Assembly: GCA_965248845.1 (NCBI GenBank)
Contig: CBDFKO010000002.1
Location: 968,063 to 1,032,062, forward strand
DNA: 64,000 bases
Direction of reading: 5' to 3'
Source: Acidobacteriota bacterium
Lineage (GTDB): Bacteria > Acidobacteriota > UBA890 > WLXD01
Positions 58,159 to 64,000 of the stretch are shown piece by piece; within the stretch, counting starts at the first letter, position 1; each line of letters starts with the position of its first letter. Below the pieces are notes generated by a model that was given only the letters and a program-made list of their open reading frames with translations, did not search any database and was not told the origin of the DNA. The position numbers and the translations under genes are program-made.

Positions 58159-59820
58159 ATGAAATGCGGAACCAGGCTCATGGCGTGGCGCACCCTTCCG
58201 GCGATCGGGGCCTGCCTTCCCCAGCTGGTTGCGGTCGCCGCCTGCGCGTCCCCTGCCCCCATGACCGTGATCGGACTAGTCCCGGCCCCCGCCTCCATGA
58301 CCCTGGGTTCCGGGCTCTTTCGCCTGACGGTCGCGACGGAAGTAGCGCAGCCTCCGCCCGAGCTCGCGAGCGTCGTCGCGCGACAGATCGAGGCGCTGCG
58401 CCGTAGCACCGGGCTGCCACTCGCCGATGCGGCGAACGACGCCTTGGGCATCCGTGTGGTAGCTGACGCGACGCTCCCGGCGGAGGGATACCGACTGCGC
58501 GTGGTGCCGGGCGAGCTGAGCATCGAGGCCTCGACCGAAGCCGGCGTCTTCTACGCCTTCCAGACGCTGCGTCAGCTGCTGCCGCCCGAGATCGAGTCGG
58601 ACACCCCGGTGCAAGGCGTCGACTGGACGATCCCCACGCTCGAGATCGAGGATGCGCCGCGCTTCCCCTACCGGGGCATGCACCTCGACGTTGGCCGCCA
58701 CTTCTTCCCGGTCGAGGTCGTCAAGAAGTACATCGACACCATCGCGCGCTTCAAGTTCAACCGCTTGCACTGGCACCTGACCGAGGATCAGGGCTGGCGT
58801 GTCCAGATCGACGCCTACCCCAGGCTCACCGAAGTCGGCGCCTGGCGCGCTGAGAGTCCCGCCGACGGAAACCGCGAAATCTACACCGGCGACGGCACCC
58901 CGCACGGAGGCTTCTACACCAAGCAGCAGATCCGCGAGGTCGTCGTCTACGCCCAGGAGCGCTTCGTTACCGTGGTCCCCGAGATCGAGATGCCCGGCCA
59001 CGCCACCGCCGCGATCGCTGCCTACCCCGAGCTCGGCTGCACCGACGAGCAGCTCGAGGTCTCCACCATCTGGGGCATCCACGACACCATCTACTGCCCC
59101 CAGGAGGAGACCTTCGAGTTCCTCGAGACCGTGCTCTCGGAGGTCATGGAGCTGTTCCCCTCCGAGTACCTGCACATCGGCGGCGACGAGGTTCCCAAGC
59201 GCCAATGGCAGGAGAGCGAGCTGGCCCAGGAGGTCATTCGCCGCGAGGGCCTGGCCGACGAGGACGAGCTGCAAAGCTGGTTCATCCGCCGCATCGAGCG
59301 CCACCTGCGCGCCAACGGCCGCCGCCTGATCGGCTGGGACGAGATCCTCGAGGGAGGGCTAGCGCCCGACGCCACCGTCATGTCCTGGCGCGGCAACGAG
59401 GGTGGCATCGAGGCCGCCCACCAGGGCCACAACGTCATCATGACCCCCATCGAGCACGCCTACTTCGACTTCTACCAGGGCGACGAGGCCACCGAGCCCC
59501 TGGCCATGGACTGGGCCGGCTTCCCGATCACCCTGCAGACAGTCTACGAGTTCGAGCCGGTTCCGGAGGTCCTGACCGAGCAGCAGGCCGAGCATATCCT
59601 CGGAGCCCAGGGCAACGTCTGGACCGAGTACATCAGCACGCCGGAGTACCTCGAGTACATGGCCTTCCCGCGGGCGCTGCCCATGGCAGAGGTGGTCTGG
59701 AGCCCGCGCGTGAGCCGCGACTGGCCGGGCTTCGTGGAACGGCTTGCAAGCGTGCTGCCGCACCTGGATGCCCTGGAGGTCAGCTACCGCTTTCCTGCGG
59801 AGGTGATCCACGACCGCTGA
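58159..59820 (+). CDS. Beta-N-acetylhexosaminidase, GH20 family, probable lipoprotein
   Basis: GH20 catalytic motifs (HLDVGRHFF, HWHLTEDQGWR, D-E catalytic pair); N-terminal signal with a cysteine. Confidence 0.9.
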   Translation: MKCGTRLMAWRTLPAIGACLPQLVAVAACASPAPMTVIGLVPAPASMTLGSGLFRLTVATEVAQPPPELASVVARQIEALRRSTGLPLADAANDALGIRVVADATLPAEGYRLRVVPGELSIEASTEAGVFYAFQTLRQLLPPEIESDTPVQGVDWTIPTLEIEDAPRFPYRGMHLDVGRHFFPVEVVKKYIDTIARFKFNRLHWHLTEDQGWRVQIDAYPRLTEVGAWRAESPADGNREIYTGDGTPHGGFYTKQQIREVVVYAQERFVTVVPEIEMPGHATAAIAAYPELGCTDEQLEVSTIWGIHDTIYCPQEETFEFLETVLSEVMELFPSEYLHIGGDEVPKRQWQESELAQEVIRREGLADEDELQSWFIRRIERHLRANGRRLIGWDEILEGGLAPDATVMSWRGNEGGIEAAHQGHNVIMTPIEHAYFDFYQGDEATEPLAMDWAGFPITLQTVYEFEPVPEVLTEQQAEHILGAQGNVWTEYISTPEYLEYMAFPRALPMAEVVWSPRVSRDWPGFVERLASVLPHLDALEVSYRFPAEVIHDR

Positions 59821-59821
59821 C

Positions 59822-59840
59822 AGTAGTGCTCTGTAACAGA
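59822..59840. repeat. Solo IS630-like terminal inverted repeat (TAgtgctctgtaacag) at the hexosaminidase stop
   Basis: Resembles the IS630 copy-2 end and the 18302 MITE end. A weak AT-rich match (cactatatcagtt) to the IS630 subterminal sequence lies near 60425. Confidence 0.35.
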
Positions 59841-59873
59841 TGTTGATGGACCCGTGCCCACTGGCGGCCTCGC

Positions 59874-60185
59874 TTACCGAGCCATTGCCCGTGCGATGTC
59901 CTTCTTCGAGGCTCCCAGCGCCAGCATCGACCGCGTCAGCAGATCCAGCGACACGGACGGATCTCCAACCTCGATCTTCGCTACACGCGATTGGCTCGAG
60001 CCGAGTCGTTCGGCCAGCTGAACCTGCGTCAGCTTGCTCTGGCGCCGCAGCGACCTCACGGCTTCGCTGAGCTGTAGCTTGAGCTCGACGTAGGCCGCGT
60101 CTTCAGGGCCGAGGTCGAGAAACTCGGCGACGCTTCCCTCCTCCCAGCCTTTGTCTCGCAGCCGATTCCACTTAGCTCTATCCAT
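59874..60185 (-). CDS. HTH XRE-family antitoxin (HigA-like)
   Basis: KLTQVQLAERLGSSQSRVAKIEVGDPSVSLDLL helix-turn-helix; its start overlaps the toxin fragment. Confidence 0.75.
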   Translation of the reverse strand: MDRAKWNRLRDKGWEEGSVAEFLDLGPEDAAYVELKLQLSEAVRSLRRQSKLTQVQLAERLGSSQSRVAKIEVGDPSVSLDLLTRSMLALGASKKDIARAMAR

Positions 60186-60424
60186 CGTCGTACTCCCGGA
60201 GACGGCGCCGGCAGTTCCGGATCACGCGTGATGCGCAGCTCGTGGCAGTTGCGCCCGACCCTGGGAATGGGCCGCGACCACGGCATCGAGAGACGCTCAC
60301 CCTTCTGCAGCTTCCGCAACAAGACGCCCGCCTCGATGCGTCCTGCAGCGGGAAACGGCGGCGTCTTGATCTCGCCCGCGAGCCACCGGAGCAGCCTTTC
60401 ATTAGGCACTGCAAACCTCGACAC
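60185..60424 (-). pseudogene. Truncated HigB-like (RelE/ParE-superfamily) toxin; N-terminal ~75 aa only
   Basis: FPAAGRIEAGVLLRKLQKGERLSMPWSRPIPRVGRNCHELRI matches the HigB-type toxin N-terminal half. The conserved C-terminal catalytic half is absent in all frames; the reading frame runs on into higA. Confidence 0.5.
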
Positions 60425-60447
60425 TATATCAGTTTCGACATATCACG

Positions 60448-60811
60448 GTGAATCACGCAGGACGCGGCCCGACCGGCCTCCTACTTCATGAGACGGCCAT
60501 GGTCACTAGGATTGCCGCCCGTGCCCCGCTGGTTCGCTTGCACCTCGAGGACGGTCTGAAACGCGGAGAGCCCGTCTACGAGGAGGTTAGGACCACCACG
60601 GTCCGCGTCGCGGTCTGGTGCCCCGCGTCTGCCGACGATCTCGGCAGCCAAGCTCCTGAGGATCCTCCGGACGCACGGCTTCGACGTCACTCGTCAGAGT
60701 GGCAGCCATCTCGTGCTCCGGCACGCGGACGGGCGCCGACCGCTGACTACGACTCCGCCGAGAAGAAGATCTCGACGACCGACTTGGGAGGCCGCGGGGT
60801 GCGTCGGCTGA
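60448..60811 (+). pseudogene. Remnants of a hicB-hicA-like toxin-antitoxin pair (HicB C-terminal fragment, then a HicA-like mRNA interferase lacking a start codon)
   Basis: HicB-like LHLEDGLKRGEPV (frame of 60448). HicA-like LLRILRTHGFDVTRQSGSHLVLRHADGRR (frame +1, 60629-60811) with no ATG/GTG/TTG start; its 3' end overlaps the transporter gene. Confidence 0.4.
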
Positions 60812-62219
60812 CAGTCACCACGAGCGCCAGGGACACGAACGGGCCCACGAGCGCCGGCCAGATGCCGGCGATCCAGTTGTCGAGCGTCCCGTGCGTCAGG
60901 TAGCCGGCCAGGTACCAGAGCACGCACGCGGCGGCGCCACCGAGCATTCCGGCGAGCGCCCCTTCGCGGGTGGCGCGCGGCCACCACAATCCGAGCAGGA
61001 ACGGGAAGGTGAACGCCGAGGCCATCAGGCTGAACGACATCGTGACGATCCACAGGATCGCCGCCGGCGGATCGACCGCCACCAGCATGGCCAGCGCGCC
61101 GATACCCAGCGTCGTCCACCGGGCGATCCGCATGCCGGTGGCCTCGTCGATCTGGCCGCCGTGGCGTGGCAGGTAGAGATTCTCGACGACCAGCGAGCCG
61201 GCCAGCAGCAGAATCGAGTCGATCGTCGACATGGTAGCGCCGAGCACCGCGGCCACGATGATGCCGCCGAGAGCCGGGGGCAGTAGATTCGCGACCAGCG
61301 TGGGCAAGGCCAGGTCGGGCCGATCCAGGGTCGGTAGCAACACACCGGAGGCAATAGCGATGAGCGTCGCGCAAACGTAGATGAAGGCCGAGAAGGTCAC
61401 CGAATAGACCATCGCCGTCTTCAGCGTACGATCGTCCTCGGGAATCAGGAAACGGGTCACTGCTGCCGGCGCGCCGCCGATCTGGAAGAACCCCCAGACC
61501 AGGAACGAGGAAACCACCCAGAGCGCCGGCATCTCGCCCACGAAGCGGAGCCCCTCCGGGTTGATCTCGCCGTATTGACGGTGCATCTCGGCGAAGCCAC
61601 CCGCGGCACCGATCGCGGTCGGCGCCAGCACCGCGAAGCCGACGATCATGATCGTCCCCTGGATCAGGTCGGTCCAGGCCACCGCGTGCATGCCGCCGAT
61701 CACGGTGTACAGGATGACGATGCCGCCGAAGAGCGCGAGCGCCGCCAGGTACGGCATCCCCAGCAGCACCTCGAAGGCGTTGGCAGCGGCCTTGAGCTGA
61801 GCGCCGATGAGCGGAACGAAGGCGACCAGCATGATCGTCGCCGCGACGCGTCCGGGCCCTCTGCCGTAGTAGCGCGCCTCGAACACGTCGACCAGCGTGG
61901 TGCACTCGATCTTGGCCGCGACCCGTCGCAGCCGATCGCCCAGCAGGACGTAGGCGAACCAGGGCGCCGCCGCCGAGGCCACGCCGCCGGGCGAGAAGTT
62001 GTAGCCGAGCAGTCGCTCCGTCCCCACCGCGCCCATGTAGGAGCTGCCGCTCATCTGGGTCGCCGAGTAGGAAAACCCGATGGTGCCGGGGCCGAGCTTG
62101 CCACGGGCCAGGAAGTAGTCGGCGCGGCTGCGCTGCCGGCGGTTGAACCAGATCGCCAGCCCCATCAGCGCACCGAAGTAGAGCACGAGGATGACGGTGT
62201 ACTGCCCGGTGGCGCCCAC
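60747..62219 (-). CDS. Sodium:solute symporter family (SSF) transporter
   Basis: 490 aa, about 13 TM segments, SSF signature region. Confidence 0.85.
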   Translation of the reverse strand: MGATGQYTVILVLYFGALMGLAIWFNRRQRSRADYFLARGKLGPGTIGFSYSATQMSGSSYMGAVGTERLLGYNFSPGGVASAAAPWFAYVLLGDRLRRVAAKIECTTLVDVFEARYYGRGPGRVAATIMLVAFVPLIGAQLKAAANAFEVLLGMPYLAALALFGGIVILYTVIGGMHAVAWTDLIQGTIMIVGFAVLAPTAIGAAGGFAEMHRQYGEINPEGLRFVGEMPALWVVSSFLVWGFFQIGGAPAAVTRFLIPEDDRTLKTAMVYSVTFSAFIYVCATLIAIASGVLLPTLDRPDLALPTLVANLLPPALGGIIVAAVLGATMSTIDSILLLAGSLVVENLYLPRHGGQIDEATGMRIARWTTLGIGALAMLVAVDPPAAILWIVTMSFSLMASAFTFPFLLGLWWPRATREGALAGMLGGAAACVLWYLAGYLTHGTLDNWIAGIWPALVGPFVSLALVVTVSRRTPRPPKSVVEIFFSAES

Positions 62220-62228
62220 GCCGCGGCG

Positions 62229-62429
62229 CTACTTCCCGGTCTTCACGTGTACGAGCGCCGCCGCCACCACGTAGACGTAGCCGCCGTAGACCAGCAGCCA
62301 GACCCCCCAATCCAGGTTCGCGGGCCCTGCCGGCCAGTCGAGCAGCAACCCGAGGCTGCCGCCTACCAAGAACAGCGCCATCAGCAGCAGCGAGACGCGC
62401 GGAACTCCGGGCCCGTCGCTAGGCTCCAC
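62229..62429 (-). CDS. Small two-TM membrane protein (DUF3311-like) partnered with the SSF transporter
   Basis: 66 aa, two hydrophobic helices, immediately upstream of the symporter on the same strand. Confidence 0.55.
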   Translation of the reverse strand: MEPSDGPGVPRVSLLLMALFLVGGSLGLLLDWPAGPANLDWGVWLLVYGGYVYVVAAALVHVKTGK

Positions 62430-63649
62430 TACCAGACCTCCTCGAGCACGCGCAGGATGGTGCCCCCCATGACCGTGGCGATCTGTTCGTCCGAGTACTC
62501 GTGCTTCACGAGCCAGCGCAGGATGTTCTTGGAAGCCTCGGTCGGGTTCTCGACGCCGCGCACGTATTCCACCGGCTCGAATCCCGGGATCGCCTCCGAC
62601 GGATCGCCACCGGCATGCGAGGCGTCGATCGACAGGGCATCGGCGTAGACCTTGTGCAGACCCACGTGGTCGCCGTAGAGCGTGTCGGGCCCGAAGGCGA
62701 CGTGGTCGATCCCCACCAGCTCCTTGATGTACTCGAAGTGCTCCATGAACGACTCGAGATCGTGGCGCGGGTGCCGCGCCGTGACCGTGGTGTGCGGCGC
62801 CGCCTCGATGCCGATCACGCCGCCCTTACCGGCCACCGCACGAATGACCTCGTCGGGCGCCAGGCGCTTGATACTCCAGAGCGCCCGCGCCCCCGTGTGG
62901 GTCAGAAAGATCGGCTTGCTGCTGACCTCGACCACATCGAGCGTGGTCTGGTCGCTGGCATGGGCGCAGTCGATCGCCATGCCGACCTCGTTCATGCGCC
63001 GCACGGCCCGCCGGCCGAAGTCGGTGAGACCACCGTCGCGGACCTCCTTGAGCCCGGTGCCGAGCGCGTTCGACTCGCTGTAGGTGATCCCCAGTACCCG
63101 CAGGCCGATGCCGTAGAGGATCTCGATACGGTCGAGCTCGTTCTCGATCATCGCGGCGCCTTCCTGCGCCGCCACCAGCGCGATGCGGCCCTCCCGGTGA
63201 GCCCGCTGGAAGTCGTCCACCGATTCGCAGCGGATCAGGAAGTCCTGGTGCGCCAGATCGCAGAGCCGCATACCCATGTCGTAGACGATGTCGTCGAACT
63301 TCCAGCCGCTCTTGGAGGTGATGAAAGTTGTGCCGTTCTGGAAGTTGTCGAACACGCCGTCCCAGTACGAGTCGGCAAGCGCGGCGTAGGCAGTGGAGAT
63401 CCGCGCCTCCTTGTCGTACGACTCCATCTCCGCCAGATCGGCGGGAAACAGGTGCGGGTGCTCGTGCAGCGAGATCATCACCAGGCGGGCGGCGAGATCC
63501 TCGACGCGACGTTCTTGCTCGGCATCGAGCGGCAGTAAGTAGGGCTCGAAGGACGAGTGTCCCTCGATCAGCTCGAACTGCCGGAAGTCGCGCGTGGCTC
63601 GTAGGTAGTCGAAGGATCGGTAGCCGGAGTACTTCTTGTTGACGCCCAT
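62429..63649 (-). CDS. Membrane dipeptidase, peptidase family M19
   Basis: The HEH...DH...E metal ligand pattern of renal dipeptidase homologs; start at ATG 63649. Confidence 0.85.
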   Translation of the reverse strand: MGVNKKYSGYRSFDYLRATRDFRQFELIEGHSSFEPYLLPLDAEQERRVEDLAARLVMISLHEHPHLFPADLAEMESYDKEARISTAYAALADSYWDGVFDNFQNGTTFITSKSGWKFDDIVYDMGMRLCDLAHQDFLIRCESVDDFQRAHREGRIALVAAQEGAAMIENELDRIEILYGIGLRVLGITYSESNALGTGLKEVRDGGLTDFGRRAVRRMNEVGMAIDCAHASDQTTLDVVEVSSKPIFLTHTGARALWSIKRLAPDEVIRAVAGKGGVIGIEAAPHTTVTARHPRHDLESFMEHFEYIKELVGIDHVAFGPDTLYGDHVGLHKVYADALSIDASHAGGDPSEAIPGFEPVEYVRGVENPTEASKNILRWLVKHEYSDEQIATVMGGTILRVLEEVW

Positions 63650-63722
63650 CGCTCGTGCCTCCATCGAGTGTCGGGGCGGCAACCTAGATCAGGCTCGAGC
63701 CGGTGTCAAAGCGACTCCGCGA

Positions 63723-63980
63723 TCAAACCGTAGCCTTCCTGATCTTGCGCTTGAGACCGTGAATCTGACGGCGGATCCGCTTGAGCTCGCGCGAGTCGTG
63801 CGCCTGCAGGGCAGCGTCGCGCTCCACCTTGAGCGCGCGGATCTGCCGCTTGGTCCTCGCCTTGTTGATGCCGACGACATCGTGGTGCACGTGCTCCTCG
63901 AGTCCGAAGGCCAGGCACAAGGCGTGCAGCAACGGCTCCTTGTGCATGGTCGTGTGGCCGTGCACCGCCTCGTGTTCCAC
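63723..63980 (-). CDS. C-terminal part of an unidentified protein with a basic tail; the gene continues beyond the window end
   Basis: Open frame reaches the window edge; the Lys/Arg-rich C-terminus suggests nucleic-acid binding. No family assigned. Confidence 0.35.
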   Translation of the reverse strand: MEHEAVHGHTTMHKEPLLHALCLAFGLEEHVHHDVVGINKARTKRQIRALKVERDAALQAHDSRELKRIRRQIHGLKRKIRKATV

Positions 63981-64000
63981 ACCCGCCGCGATCTCTCTGA

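Noticed and set aside
60448-60903. 151-aa plus-strand ORF as an intact gene
   Set aside because: Only a short HicB-like stretch is recognisable. The remainder is antisense to the end of the symporter and overlaps the HicA-like remnant in another frame, so it was treated as a toxin-antitoxin remnant rather than a functional CDS.

Overview
This 64-kb window is a ~69% GC bacterial chromosome segment; it should be read as accessory-rich rather than ordinary, because a previously undescribed family of small CTAG-terminated inverted-repeat (MITE-like) elements and three IS elements are threaded through a housekeeping core. The core genes are mostly on the minus strand. The organism looks diderm, since lpxB, an msbA-like exporter, a DUF374 acyltransferase and tatAC are present; phylum cannot be assigned from sequence alone.

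The core comprises:
- frr-pyrH-tsf-rpsB, then rpsI-rplM.
- The rimP-nusA-infB-DUF503-rbfA-nrnA-truB-(IS630)-rpsO-pnp translation operon.
- thrC, tatAC, recJ, accA, dnaE, an S9 peptidase, priA, a family-4 uracil-DNA glycosylase, coaBC, rpoZ, gmk and a yicC-like gene.
- A DUF374-msbA-lpxB lipid A cluster and a fused homocysteine methyltransferase/MTHFR gene.
- A seven-gene polysaccharide cluster: four GT4 glycosyltransferases, one GT2, a priming sugar transferase and UDP-xylose synthase.
- An aroB-racemase-gcvPB-gcvPA-gcvH-gcvT operon, a GH20 hexosaminidase, a sodium:solute symporter (SSF) transporter, an M19 dipeptidase and an orphan pseudopilin.

The accessory layer is the more interesting part:
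- Two divergent IS630-family elements flanked by TA duplications, and one IS5-family element flanked by CTAG, all inserted exactly at CTAG sites.
- A family of at least eight small CTAG-terminated MITE-like elements. Some are full length (about 165-195 bp); others are 38-55 bp micro-versions that overlap the frr, infB and DUF503 stop codons, the DUF503 start and the rbfA ribosome-binding region.
- A 168-bp nested-palindrome MITE whose terminal repeats resemble IS630 ends.
- A decayed toxin-antitoxin islet (intact higA, truncated higB, hicB/hicA remnants).
- Apparent frameshifts in the S9 peptidase and in one IS630 transposase.

No rRNA, tRNA or CRISPR array was recognised. Repeat coordinates are approximate to within about 2 bp because they were placed by eye.
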